From assembly GCA_000388065.2 (NCBI GenBank), contig KB932204.1: a DNA stretch of 64,000 bases. The stretch is one strand, 5' to 3'. Every line of letters starts with the position of its first letter. Position 1 is the first letter of the stretch. Both the position numbers and the translations under genes were made by a program. A model generated the notes under the pieces. It was not told the DNA's origin, did no database searches, and saw only the letters and a program-made list of their open reading frames with translations. The DNA is from Fonticula alba ATCC 38817. Taxonomy: Eukaryota; Protista; Nucleariida. Below, in pieces: positions 50,572 to 63,125 of the stretch.

Positions 50572-51153
50572 ATGTCCGCCGAGTTCCCCCAGGCTTTCAT
50601 CGACGCCAACGAGCGCTTCTCCGAGGGCCTTTGGCACAACTTCATGCGCCCCCTCTCCGTGCGTCCGGGCTCCCCCGCCCCCTCTGACTGTCTCGGCGTC
50701 TGCTCACCTGCCTCTGCTCACCGGCGCTGCCCCCCCCCCCTCTCTCCCCCCTCCCACCCCGGGACATGGTACAAACAGCAATACCAGCTGCGCATGCGCC
50801 TCGAGTGCCTCAAGAACTACGACCGCTACCCCACCACCGCTGAGGCCTCCCAGTGCGTCGAGCAGTCCGCCGTCGAGCTGGCCCAGCGCGCCCAGGTTGT
50901 TGTTCGCTTTTCTCAGACCATGCAGGTTCGTTCCCCGTGGCCGACAATCCCCTGTCCTTCTACTCCCCCGCGCCCCGATCTGACCCCCGATGCTCCCCCT
51001 CCTCCGCTCTGGTCTGCCCGCGTGCAGCGCGAGATCTCTCGCTGCTTCCAGCAGGGCGGCACCAGCGGCCGCGATGCCTGCCTGCTTGACCTGGTCCCCC
51101 TGTTCGATGACGCCATGGACACCTTCGAGTCCTCCCTTGCCGACCTCAACTAG
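50572..51153 (+). CDS. FAM136A/DUF842-like small helical protein, paralog 2 (3 exons)
   Basis: MSAEFPQAFIDANERFSEGLWHNFMRPLS|QYQLRMRLECLKN...EASQCVEQSAVELAQRAQVVVRFSQTMQ|REISRCFQQ...DACLLDLVPLFDDAMDTF; cf. FAM136A QCIERCHVPLAQAQ...FQDRLARC. Confidence 0.65.
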   Translation: MSAEFPQAFIDANERFSEGLWHNFMRPLSVRPGSPAPSDCLGVCSPASAHRRCPPPLSPPSHPGTWYKQQYQLRMRLECLKNYDRYPTTAEASQCVEQSAVELAQRAQVVVRFSQTMQVRSPWPTIPCPSTPPRPDLTPDAPPPPLWSARVQREISRCFQQGGTSGRDACLLDLVPLFDDAMDTFESSLADLN

Positions 51154-51501
51154 GAGATCCCCCAAGCTGCACGCGCACCCCTCCCTCCCTTGACGAAGAC
51201 GCCCATGCACCAGCTCGCACCAACTGCCTCCCTCCTGTATCCTTGATTCCCTTCCGGGGGGAGTTCTACCTGTGCCCGCGCGCCCGTGTCCCTTTTTTTG
51301 CACCATTCGCCCACCACCAATAGAGCGGTCTTACCACGCAGACACACACACATGCATATGCACATGCACATACACGAGCATCCGTATTCATGCCACAGGG
51401 GCTCGGCCTCCCCGCCCACCCCGAGTGCCATCGACCCCCGGGAAGTGCACCACCATGCCGAAATGTGTATGCTCCCCCAGGGGGGATGGACAAAGGCCCC
51501 A

Positions 51502-52720
51502 TCATGGGAAGAGAATCACCTCGCGCGTGGTGGTGTCCAGGACATAGAAAGCCAGCGGGTCCCTGATGACCGAGGCACTCGGCGCCTCTTTGACATTCGG
51601 CAATGACGAGGGCGACCTCCCAGGCGAGGGAATGCCCGATGGGTCCGGCCCCGGGGCGGGCCCCTGCCCGGTCGAGGGCATCGCACCGGTGCCCCGCAGG
51701 GGTACTCGACGCGGCCGGCCGGCCCCCGGCTCCAGCTCGTCCTCCAGCATGTCGACGGGATCATCCTCCTGGTCGTTGTGGAAATTCGACCGCATGGACC
51801 CCAGCCGGGCCACACAGGCTCGGAGAGCCGAATTCAAGGGCCGCCGTGGCACGAAAAATTCCGCCACCAACACCTCCAGCAGGGTTTCCCCTCGACGGAT
51901 GATGGCCGGCTTGAACCAGTTGATGAGCGACGGATTCTTCGAGGGCGATGACACCAGCGAGTCGCCCTCGCTCGGGGGCACACTCGGCGTCCGATGGCCC
52001 ATGCCCTCGGCCGGGCCCCGGCCGAGCGGCTGACTCGGCGAGAAACTGTGCGTCTTCCAGTGCGGATCTCCGGAATCGGAGTTGGCGCCCTCCGACGAAC
52101 GGTCGTATGGGTGGTGGTGGTAATGTTGCGGCTGCGGCTGCGGCTGCGATTGGTGGTTATGGTGGTGGTGGCCATGGGGCTGCCGATCGACCAGCCAATC
52201 CGGCGCTGGGCAAATGCACCCGCAGGCCGCGGGGCAGTGGTGCACGCCGCAGAATGGCACCATCGGCTCGGGCGGGGACCCGTCCCCCGGTCGAGCCGGA
52301 TCGGATGCCACATTCGGCCGGACCAGCTCGATCGAGGCGTCGGTGCTCTCGCCGCTCCCATTGGGCCGCATGGCCTTGCCAGCCGATGGCAGGGGGGACG
52401 AGTGCGACCGGCCGAGGGCCAGCGAGCAGGCATTCTCCACCGCCCAGCTACACCGATTTTTCAGGCCCTCTTGCGAGTGCGCATGCACGCCGGGAACCGC
52501 CCCCACCGGCCCGGGGCAGGTGCAAACCACACACTGATGCTCGGGATGCTCGAACCCCGGCGATGCCGGGGGGAAGCCCGACCGCGGAACCATCGCCCCC
52601 GCGGTCGGGGTCGAGCATGTCCCCTCAAGGCAATGCCCGGGAAGGGGCCATGCGCCAATGTCTCGCAGCTCCATCGACCGAGACCGCCGTCGGATGGGCT
52701 GGCGGTTGCCTGCCCGCCGC

Positions 52721-52765
<45 letters not shown>

Positions 52766-53940
52766 TGGTCAGCCCCATGGTGTTAGATACCGGCAAGCCA
52801 TCATCCAGACCAGCAGAGTGCAGGGGAGGGTGTGCCAGCCAAAGGAGGGCCGGGGCCAAAAAAAAAACACCCACACAAGAAAGGACACCTCGCCCATGCG
52901 CACCCGCGAGTGATGAAATGTCCCCCATGCTGGGGGACTGCCGCAGGGCGGCCGGCCCCCGGCCAATGCCTCGACTGATGGCCAGGAGCCCGGTTCCCGG
53001 ATCCTCCAGGTCGCTTGCATCATCGCCATCCGCACTGGCCCCCAGGCCCAGGTCCAAGGACCGTCGACGGCTTCCGGGCAGGATCGCCGGCAACTCATCA
53101 AACAAAGACAACACCCGGGTGCAGGACACCACCGACACGGTTTCGCTGGAGGGCCCCAGAGAATTGGAGGCCGCCTGGGCCGCTGCCACCACCACCTGCG
53201 ACACGGACTCGCCCTCCGGAAGGGGAACTGCCCGGCCCGGCAGCAAGCCCGGGCCCGGCTGTCGGGCCGAGTGCGGGGCAAAAAGATCATAGAACGACAC
53301 GGCCAGCTTGACCCGCGTCGGGGGAAGGAGCTGGAAAATGTCCTCCGGCGCAAAGGACCCCGCGGTCCTGGGCGACGAGGCCGACCGGCCGGGCTGCTCA
53401 TCCGGCGCCCGGGGCTCGGTGCCCTGTCGATTGCCAAAGAGCAGGCGACAATCCCCGGTCACGCCGGTGGCCACCCCGGCGAAGTAGAGAACCACAAAGA
53501 TGTCCGCCCCGCCCTGGGGATGGCTCCCATCGGCCGAGGCTTCCACCAATCCCAGCACATCGGCCTGGAGCTGGGGGAAATTCTCCTCCTCCAAATTCTC
53601 ATAGAGCAACACCCGCCACCGGTCGCGCGGATCCAAGTCCCGGGGCACCGCCACCGAGAGGATGGGCTCGGACTCGACCTCGCGCTCGTAGCGCCGCCAA
53701 TACAGCGACGGCACCATCCCCTCGATCGTGCCATTGCCCATGTCGCCCATGTGCGCGAAAATCGTGGCCAAATACCGCGCGAAGTAGGGCGGCGCGGCCA
53801 GATTCAATGCCGACGGGCTCCCGGGGAGGCACGTTTCATAGCGGCCATTTCCGATGCAAATGGCCACGCACAGCGAATCGCTCGAGGGGATCAGCGGCAA
53901 ATTGTCCGGCTCCAATAGCGGATCCATGGCCAGGATTTTC
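51502..53940 (-). CDS. Caspase-like (peptidase C14 fold) domain, catalytically substituted, with a low-complexity/Cys-His-rich C-terminus; probably the 3' part of the LRR gene
   Basis: CVAICIGNGRY...LNLAAPPYFARYLATIFAHMG...WRVLLYENLEEENF...DIFVVLYFAGVA..GDCRLLF...PEDIFQLL..VKLAVSFYDLF follows the C14 pattern ALxIGNxxY...FYxAGHG...IxLDAC, but with H>V and C>F. Confidence 0.62.
52724..52764. repeat. (GCA)n trinucleotide repeat (poly-Ala on the minus strand)
   Basis: Read directly from the sequence. Confidence 0.9.
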
Positions 53941-54121
53941 CTGGCTCGTGGCGAATTCAGGGGGGGAGGGGGAGGGAGAGGGAGGGGGTGGGAAAGAAAA
54001 AAGGCCACCCGTCAGTCAGCCAGCCAACAAGCCCACACACACACACACACACACACATACACCACCACCACCATGCGCAGTGCCCAGGAAACCAGCCATC
54101 CGCCAAAAGGGGGGTGCGTAC

Positions 54122-57100
54122 TCTGGGACGAAGGGGGCATTCGGCAGGAGCGGATAGTAGGAATTCAACTCGTCAATGAGCGGCGTGATGCCGGTGCTTC
54201 GAAGGAGATCCCCCGAAAGACCCAGCGGGAACAGCTGCTGCGGGGTCACCTCGGCCAGCTGCTCGGCCGCCGAGACCGGGCCCACCGTGGGGGCCGACCA
54301 ATGGCCGGGACCCAGTCGCAGAAGGGCCGTGTGGGGGAAAACGCATCGGGACCATGGCATCAAGCTTGACAGCGAGCATTGGTCTTCAACGGGGGAGGGA
54401 CGGAGGATGAGAAAGAAGGGCGAGCGAGGGGATGGCCAAATCATGCAGACCGATGGACGGAGCACGGTCGGAAAAGACGCACTTATCCCGGACCCAAGTG
54501 CCGTCAGAGAGATATCCGGCAAAGGACGGCTCTGGGGGCCCTGCTGAGAGAGGAACTTTTCGATCAACAGCGTCGCCATCGAGATATATGACGCGGGGAT
54601 GGGATTGTCTGCGCATTTGCACCAGTGAGAGGGGGCTCTTGGGAGGAAGGCATAGCGGAACCTCCGTGAGGGGAGGCGGGCGGGCGGGCGGGCGGAGGCT
54701 CCGACGCACCACCATGGAGGGTGACACTTTCCAGGCTCGGGGTGGCCACAAAAGTCAACAGGGCCGGGATGATGGAATAATGATCGAAGGGGTTCTCTGG
54801 GTCGATTCCTGTGTCAAAATGCATCTTCCCAGGGGAGGGGGCGCGAAAGGTGCCAACCACGAACCATGCAGGAAGAGTTGCCGGATCTTCGGGAACAAGG
54901 ACAACTGCAGGAAGGAGCTGATCGACGAAAGCCCACGCCCGTGGAAAAGGTTATCTAATGGCACCGATGGCGCCGATGCGAGTCAGGAGAGGGGCCAACC
55001 GGAGGGGGGGGGGGGCGCGGCGACACGCCACAGGGGGGGGGGGGGGGGCAATTGCATTCGGCAAGACAAGATGCCCGGCGTACGGCTAAGATCCAGACAC
55101 TGAAGCTCCCGCATCCCCGACAGCCAGGGAGGGAAATGCGTCAAGAAGTTTCCTGACACAGCCGGGAGGCCGGTCGCGGCAGGCAGCAAGCGGGAGGGGG
55201 AAGATCACCACGAGGAATGAGCGGGGGGGGGGATGCCAGCGGGGCAGCATGCGTGACAAGCGCACCGGACAGGGAAAGATACTGGAGCTGGGAGAGCGGG
55301 CGCGCGGCCTGCCCCGCGGACATGAGCCCGGCAAAGGGCGAGTCCCGGGGAAGGCAATCGAGGATGAAGCGTGCAAAGCGCGGGGCCACCTGATGGAAGG
55401 GCCTGCCGGAGGCCACATGGCTGATGGTCCGCCAGGAGCTCCAAAAGGCCGCCGGGCCCACCATATCCGACGGCGGCAGATGGAAAGACCCGAAGAAGAT
55501 GTTCTCCGTGGCCGAGGCGCCCTCCGAAAGCAGCGGCCCGCTCGGGGCAACCCTGCCGGCCGTGGTGCCCGGGCTCCGGCCCCCGGCGACGGCCGCCGGA
55601 AAGGAGGGATTCTCCGCCGACGCGGCCAGCATCAGCGCAACAGCCAGGCAGATGTCGGCATCACGCAGGATCGACTCGCCCTGGCTATCGGCCGTGTACA
55701 GGCCCGATAGCGGGTCCTCCGCCCCGAGGTCCTCCATCAGGGGGCGAAGCCCCCGCACCAGCGAGTCCGACTGGCTGGCAAAGTAGTACCACGCCTCGTT
55801 GGCTGCCACGCCGGCCCAGTTGAGATTTGATGCGGTCACCACGGCCGCTCGACTCAGCCATCCCGGCAGCATCGTCGGGCCCAGGGCCCCGGCCAGCTGG
55901 AAGTCATCGATCTCGGCATCTGAGGGAGCCCGGCAAGATGAGTCACTTTGTCTGGCGGCCGAATGGCAAACAGCCCACAGGCGGGAGCCGGGCGAGAGGC
56001 AGGTGTGTTGGCTGGCCTGCCAGGCGAGACGCACTGTCCAGACGCAAGTCCACGAGATTGCGACCGAGTATGTGGCTGGTCTTGAGGGGGCAGCGGGGGG
56101 ATGCATGAAAGTAGGAATGCCGACAGGACAGCGAAAAGAGGGCCGAAATGCCATCCCCATGGACAGTCAGCGAGGAGAGCCTCTCGAAGCCGGACGATTC
56201 GCCCGCCTCGCCGAACACCTTCCCCGGGTCCGGGGTGTGGTGGCAAATGACACACGGCGAGAGCTCCCTCGGCAGGGCGGAATTTTCCAGCGCTGGGTGC
56301 ATCGGGTCAGACCCCAAGGCCGGGGCATTTGAAAGGGGGCGACAACCAGGGCACGGATGCCAACATACAGGCCGAGATGCTGAGGATCTTCATCGGAGCC
56401 ACGGAGTTCACCACCATCAGGCAAATGACCAGCTCCAGCGGCGAGACATCATGGCCTGCGCGGGCGCCGGTGGGTCAGTCGTCGATGGGGCGGGGGGGAA
56501 AAAAAAAGAAGGACGGCCCGAAGGCCCAACGGGGGCGAATGCAATGAGGAAAGGAGGAAGAAAAAAAACCCGGCGTCTTCCTGCAGCTGCATCTGGCCGC
56601 AAGCCCGTCCCCCTCGCCCGCTTCCCCGCACTCGGCCCCTCCCGGGGATGTCGTCGCGTACCGGAGATGTCCAATTCGGCCACACTCGCAAGGAGCGGCT
56701 CCTCGGGTAGACCGGCAAGCGGCCGGACGAGTGGCGAAAGCGCCCGACCGGCCGCCTCAACTGCGACCAGCAGCCCCCGGAGGAGTGCCTTCCCGGCAAT
56801 CGCTGCCAGCAGGGAGGAGACCCCGGCAAAGGAGACCTGGTTGTCTATCGAGCAGAAGCACCGGTGAGGGCCACATGCCATTGACATGGCCAAAGGGGGG
56901 ATATGCCGTCCAGGCGCGCACCTTGGAGGAGGAGGGCCCGCAAGGGGGCCGCTGCCCCGCCAGCGAGCTTGATCCCGGCCAGACGCTGGATAAAGGAGTC
57001 ACCCAGCTGGTTCTCTGGAGGGGGGGGGGGGGGGCGTGGGGGGGGGGGGGGGGGGGGGGGGGGGGCGAGGCGGGGATCGACATGCAAAGAGGCTCTCGGG

Positions 57101-58760
57101 TCAATGCAGGGAAGATGGCCACGCGGCCGGAGGCTGCCCGCGGGAGGGCCGACAGCAACATCGAGCGGCGAACACCGAGAGGGGGCGGGGGGGGGGGGGG
57201 GATGCGGCGAACCGCGGGGCACGGGATCCGACGCACCGGAAAGGTCCAAGTGCTCCAGGCAGGGCAGCAATTTCTCCAGCCAGCTGATGAGGTAATCGTC
57301 GTGCTGGGCAGACAGGCCGGTGTCTGCGGGAGGAAGAGGCAGTGTCAACATTACGGCTCCGAAGCACACAGGCATGCGGGACCCTGCGGGGCCTGCGGAT
57401 CACGGACCACTGAGGGACAGTCGCCGTAGGGAGGGCAGGTTACACAGGGACAAGAGGTATACCCCGACCGGGGGGAGAGGAGCATCTTCACGGCGGGGAG
57501 GAGGAGCAGGGAGGGTGAGGAGGATGCCAAAAATGGAGGCGGCCAGGCCGGCCGGGCAGTGCGTCGCGATGCCACGCGTACGGGTCAAACTCAGGCTCCG
57601 GAGGATCTCGCAGTGGTACGGGCTGATGTCGGTGTAGTCCAGGGTGGAGATGTGCAACGGCAGGCCGGACACACTCAGCAGTGTCAAATGGCTTGAGGAG
57701 AAGAGCGCGGCAAACCCCTGCGCAAGCTGGGGGTCCTGGAATGGGAGCGAGGGGGCAGTGGCTGAACGCCTCGCCAAGCAGGGGACCCGGTCAGCGAGGC
57801 CACCGGCGGCCGGCTAGCGGACCAGATGAAGAGCAAGTCGGCCCGGGCACATGCGCCAGGGGAACCCCGCGCCACACGTACCGACCATCGAAAGAGCCCC
57901 GACCCGGGGCAAACTGTCGAACATCGACACGAAGAGCAGCCAATCGGCCAGGCTAAATGCCGACTCATCGCCGGCTGCCAGGCATCGGGAGGAATGTGGA
58001 CGTGAGACTGTGGGTCCAGGCGGGCGGGCGGGCGGGCGGGCGGGCGGACGGGCGGGCGGGCGGGCGATCGAGACGCTGGGAGGCGGAAAATGGGGCAGCG
58101 GGGAAGCGCGCCTCACGCACCGAGGAACACCTCAATTCCATGGGTCGGAGAGGCTGCCCGAGGGACGCCCGAGGGCGGGTGCCCCTCCTGGCTGACCAGC
58201 GCCGAGAGGAAGGCAATGGCCGGCCTCAGGCCTTCGAAGGAATGCCACCGGTAGATGACCTGGGCATCGGCCACAGGGGGCGTCGCGCCCAGCGGGCGGA
58301 GCAGGTCGCCGGGGGACATGGCGCGCCGGGGCCCGGGGAGGGGAAGGGGACGGGCAGCGGAGGCGGCTTGGGCGGAAGAGCAAAGGGCGGCGAGGGGAGG
58401 AGCGGGCAACTGGCATGCCCCTTCAGGCTGGCCTGTCCTGTGGTGGCCCCGGAGGCCGGCGCTTAGATCTCCGGCCCCGATCGCGTCGCCGGGCCGCCCC
58501 GGGTCACGGACCTCCGGCGGCTCTCTGTCTGGGCCTCGCCCTGAGTGAGGTCCGGGGGGGGGGGGGCGGACGGATCCCCACTGCCGGCCGCGTGCATCTG
58601 CAGCCAGGCCACTCCACGGGGGGGGGGGGGGGGGGGCGGAAGGGGGGGGGGGGGGGGGGCCCCAAAAACCCCCGGGACCCCCCGGGCGGGGGGGGGGGGG
58701 GGGCCCCCGGGGGGCGGGGGGCGGGGGGGGGGGGGGGGGGGGGGAGTCCCATCTCTTGAT
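54122..58760 (-). CDS. Multi-exon leucine-rich-repeat protein (5' part of a probable LRR-pseudocaspase gene); start uncertain because of poly-C runs
   Basis: LRR-type segments LRSLSLTRT, LRRLSLSG, LEHLDLSG, VAELDISG, LSSLTVHG, LQYLSLSG, LSVSGNFLTHFPPWLSGMRELQCLDLS, IRQLFLHG, LESVTLHG in successive minus-strand exons. Confidence 0.7.
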
Positions 58761-60189
58761 GGAGAGCGCGATCGTGCGCGCGGGGGCGCGCAAAGTTGCC
58801 CTGGCTCGTGATGCGGCGATCACATGCAAAGGAATGCGCCATCAGGGGCTACCTGTGCAACCCTCCGGCCGGAGGAGGGTCAGAACCCGTCCTGCCGCCC
58901 CGTCCAGCCCCCCCTCGTTCACAAGCCAGCCCCCTTGTCCGCCGGGGGGATGAAGGGGGGGGGGGGCGCACCGCGGCAGAGGACGCATCCTCCTGAGGCA
59001 GGGCGGGCTGCGGGGCGACGCGTTCGATGATTGGGCAGGACCGCAACACGGGCGGATCGAGCCTGCCCATTGGTCCGACAGGGGGAGGTGCCGGGGGAGT
59101 CAGGAAACACAAGCCGGGCGCGGTGGGGCCGGGCTGTTTGTGCTTGGCCGCGCCTCGGGCGTGCCCTTTCCTGGAAGCTTCGGGCCGGCCAAATCTCCTC
59201 GCCCTGCCGCTCGGGAATCCCCCGGCAAGAGGAGGTCAAGGATGTCCCCCCCCCCCCTCCCCGGATGCAGTGAAAGGGCCAGTTGTTTATTCGGCCGCAA
59301 TATCTGCGCGCGCATTCGGCCGCTAGCAGAGAGTATCGCCTGCCGTTGCGGACACGGCCCGGCGCCTTGGGTTCCCTGCCCCCCTCCCCCCCTCTCCGCC
59401 TCTGCGCCATGATGGACCTCCGGCCAGCTTCCCGAGTGCGGCGGCGGCGTCGCTGGCAGCGGCTCGGTGGCAGGATTCGACAAGGGGCGCCGGAATGTTG
59501 TTTGGTATGTGCGCCCCCCGGGCTTCCGCCCGCCCCCTCGCCCCTTTCCCTCCGCTTGCCAGGGTGACAACGCGCCCCCCGATGTCGTGCCGGAGGAGAG
59601 GCAGCCCGGTTCGTGATTGTCCCCCGCGCCGGAGTAAATGAACGCCCCCAAGGGCGGAAAGGAGACCTAGCCGAGGCGCGCCCCCCCCCCCCCAACTGTG
59701 GGGGCCGCTCGCCCAGGGCACCCCCGCCGGTGGTGTGCCCTTCCCCGAGCTCGTAGCCCGCCGGCTCCCGGCCCTGGAGCAAGGTCAAACGCGAGGCGCC
59801 GAGCGAGTGGAGCATGCTGTGGCCTGGTGTGCCTGCCCGTGGCTCGTGAGATGGGGCCCATTGTCTTCGACGGGGAAACCGGAATATTCGGCCTGGCAGC
59901 TGTGCCCTGTGCGACTTGGCTCACGTCCCCCCCCCTCCCCCCCGGCATTCCCCGGTAGATGTGTGGTCAAGGCGGGAGTCAGCCCGCCCCGCGGCCCTTT
60001 CTGCCGGGCGGGAGGACTTTGCTGGGAGAATATTCTCCAGCTACCACCCTGGCCGTAGGTCACCGGGCCCGCTTCATACTGATGTCCCTGCATTAGTTTT
60101 TTTCCCCTTGCCCCTTTCTGCTGATGTACGTGTCTCCTTGCAGCCGCTCTCCCCTCTCTATTCCATTTGTCCTCTCTCCTCCGCGCCCC

Positions 60190-60281
60190 CTGCGCCCTCT
60201 GCGCCCTCTGCGCCCTCTGCGCCCTCTGCGCCCTCTGCGCCCTCTACGCCTTCTGCGCCTTCTGCGCCTTCTGTGCCCTCT
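60190..60281. repeat. 9-bp tandem repeat CTGCGCC(C/T)T, ~10 copies, just upstream of CAP
   Basis: Read directly from the sequence. Confidence 0.92.
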
Positions 60282-60369
60282 GTCCCCACCACCCCCTCCA
60301 CCCCCTCCACCCCCCCCATGCCCCCTCTGCTCTAACATTCCCCTCATCCTCGACACATCAGCCCCCACC

Positions 60370-62074
60370 ATGTCTCTCGAGAGCCTTATTGCCCGCCTTG
60401 AGGTCGCCACCACCCGCCTGGAGGCCCTCGCCTCCGGCTCCGGCCCCGCCGCCGGCGCCGCCGCCGGTGGTGATTTCGACGCCTCCTCCTCGGAGATGAT
60501 CACCGCCTACGATGACATCATCAACGGTGCCCTCAAGACCTACCTGTCTCTCTCGAGCACCATCGGTGGCCTGGTCAAGGACCAGTCCGACGAGGTCGCC
60601 AAGGTCTTCAACGCCCAGCGCGCCTTCCTGACCGTCGCCGCTTCCTCCAAGAAGCCCTCGGATGCGGTCCTCGGCGAGCTGCTGGCCCCCACCTCCGGCG
60701 CCATCGCCGCTGCCCAGGGCATCCGCGACCAGAACCGCGGCGCTCGCGACGTTTTCAACCACCTGACCGCCATCTATGAGGGCCTCCCCGCCCTTGGCTG
60801 GGTCCTGGTTGCCCCGGCTCCCGTTCCCCAGATCAAGCAGTTCTCCGAGGCCGCTCAGTTCTACTCCAACCGCGTGCTGAAGGACTTCCGCGGCAAGTGC
60901 GTCTCCCCCCCCCCCCCATCCCATCCCATCCTTCCCTCTCGCCTTGCCTCACGCTCGCCATGCTCACCCATCTGCTTTTGGCTCTGTCCCTGCCCCTGCC
61001 CTGGTGTCCCCTCCTGCCATCGCCGCCACCGTGCCTGTTCCCCCCCTCCCCTCCCCTCCCTTCCCGCTCACCCCTGCGCGCCATCACCCAGGGATGACAC
61101 CCAGGCCAGCTGGGCCCAGTCCGTCCCGGCCCTCTTCAACGAGCTGGCCGACTTCGTCAAGAAGTTCCACACCACCGGTCTCGTCTGGAACCCGGCCGGC
61201 AAGGAGGCCACCGCCGCTTCGGTCCCCGCCGCCGCCGCCGCCGCCGCCCCGGCCGCCGCCGAGAAGCCCGCCGTCAGCCCCAAGCCCGAGGCCATCAAGA
61301 GCGTCCCGGCTGCCTCGGTCGCCCCGACCGCCGCCGCCGGTGCCTCTCTCTTCGGCGAGCTGAACCAGGGTGGCAGTGTCACCTCCGGCCTGCGCAAGGT
61401 CGACCAGTCCCAGATGACCCACAAGAACCCGGAGCTCCGCTCTTCCTCCGTCGTGGCGGCCGCCCCCTCGCGCGCCGCCCCCAAGGAGGCCGTCGGTCAG
61501 ACCGAGCTCCTCGGCAACAAGTGGGACGTCCAGAACCACATCGGCCAGACCATCACCATCGAGTCCCAGGAGACCCGCCAGACTGTCTACATCTACAACT
61601 GCAGCAACACCACCATCTTCATCAAGGGCAAGGTCAACGCCGTCACCGTCGGTATGTGGCCCCGTCCCGTTCTCCCGCCTTCCCTTTCCCCTCCCCTCGG
61701 CCCATTCTCTGACATCCTTTCCCCCCCCCCCTCCCCTGCCCCTGGGTTTCTCAGACAAGTGCAAGAAGGTTGCCGTCGTTGTGGACACCGTCATCTCCGG
61801 TGTCGAGATCGTCAACTCCCAGAGCGGCCAGTTCCAGATCCTGGAGAAGTGCCCGACCATCAACATCGACAAGACCGATGGCCTGCAGCTCTACCTCAGC
61901 AAGGATGCCATCGACATTGACATCCTCACCGCCAAGTCCTCCGAGCTCAACGTCTACACCCCCGGCAAGACCGAGGATGACGACCACCTCGAGACCCCGC
62001 TGCCGGAGCAGTTCAAGTCCACCTTCTGCAAGGAGACCCGCACCTGGATCACCGAGACCATCAAGCACGGTTAA
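60370..62074 (+). CDS. CAP1: Adenylyl cyclase-associated protein CAP/Srv2: join(60370..60896,61092..61651,61755..62074)
   Basis: RLE motif (LIARLEVATTRLEAL), helical domain (FNHLTAIYEGLPALGW, AAQFYSNRVLK), WH2 (LFGELNQGGSVTSGLRKV, MTHKNPELR), CARP beta-helix (YIYNCSNTTIFIKGKVNAVTVD, PTINIDKTDG, TAKSSELN); introns in phase. Confidence 0.97.
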
Positions 62075-62522
62075 ATGGCGCTCGCCTGTGTGTGCGTCTG
62101 GGCGCGCGCGCATATGCATCTGTGCGTGTGTGCGTGTGTGCGTGTGTGCGTGTCCCGCACACAGCCAGCCACATGTATGTGAGACCCCGGGCCGCGAGTG
62201 GCCAGTGGGGGAAAAGGAGAGGGGTGCGCATGCCGGTCGGATGCCTGCCTGTCCTTCCTGTCGCGTCCCCCTCTTTCCTCCTCGCGCTTGCCACATTCCG
62301 ACATTTTCATGTGCGCCCCTCCTGGGCCTCTCCAGTCCCGCGCCGCGGTGTGCATGTGTGTCCTTCGCACTCGCGTGTGCAAACGCAGAGGGGCCGACGA
62401 GAGGTCTCTTCTTCTCCCTGCGTGCCTGTGCGCGCCCTCCAACACATTGTCAATACATGGTGCAAGTGATGAACGCGCTGCCTGTTGTCCTCCTCTGTGT
62501 TCTGTGAGGTCCCCCCCCCCCC

Positions 62523-63100
62523 NNNNNNNNNNNNNNNNNNNNNNNNNNNNNNNNNNNNNNNNNNNNNNNNNNNNNNNNNNNNNNNNNNNNNNNNNNNNNN
62601 NNNNNNNNNNNNNNNNNNNNNNNNNNNNNNNNNNNNNNNNNNNNNNNNNNNNNNNNNNNNNNNNNNNNNNNNNNNNNNNNNNNNNNNNNNNNNNNNNNNN
62701 NNNNNNNNNNNNNNNNNNNNNNNNNNNNNNNNNNNNNNNNNNNNNNNNNNNNNNNNNNNNNNNNNNNNNNNNNNNNNNNNNNNNNNNNNNNNNNNNNNNN
62801 NNNNNNNNNNNNNNNNNNNNNNNNNNNNNNNNNNNNNNNNNNNNNNNNNNNNNNNNNNNNNNNNNNNNNNNNNNNNNNNNNNNNNNNNNNNNNNNNNNNN
62901 NNNNNNNNNNNNNNNNNNNNNNNNNNNNNNNNNNNNNNNNNNNNNNNNNNNNNNNNNNNNNNNNNNNNNNNNNNNNNNNNNNNNNNNNNNNNNNNNNNNN
63001 NNNNNNNNNNNNNNNNNNNNNNNNNNNNNNNNNNNNNNNNNNNNNNNNNNNNNNNNNNNNNNNNNNNNNNNNNNNNNNNNNNNNNNNNNNNNNNNNNNNN
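62523..63100. other. Assembly gap (others at 10574-10583, 15997-16006, 21470-21557, 23672-23711, 36854-36863, 49409-49507, 50074-50423)
   Basis: Runs of N. Confidence 1.
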
Positions 63101-63125
63101 CCCCGCCACTGCCGCTGTCGACACC

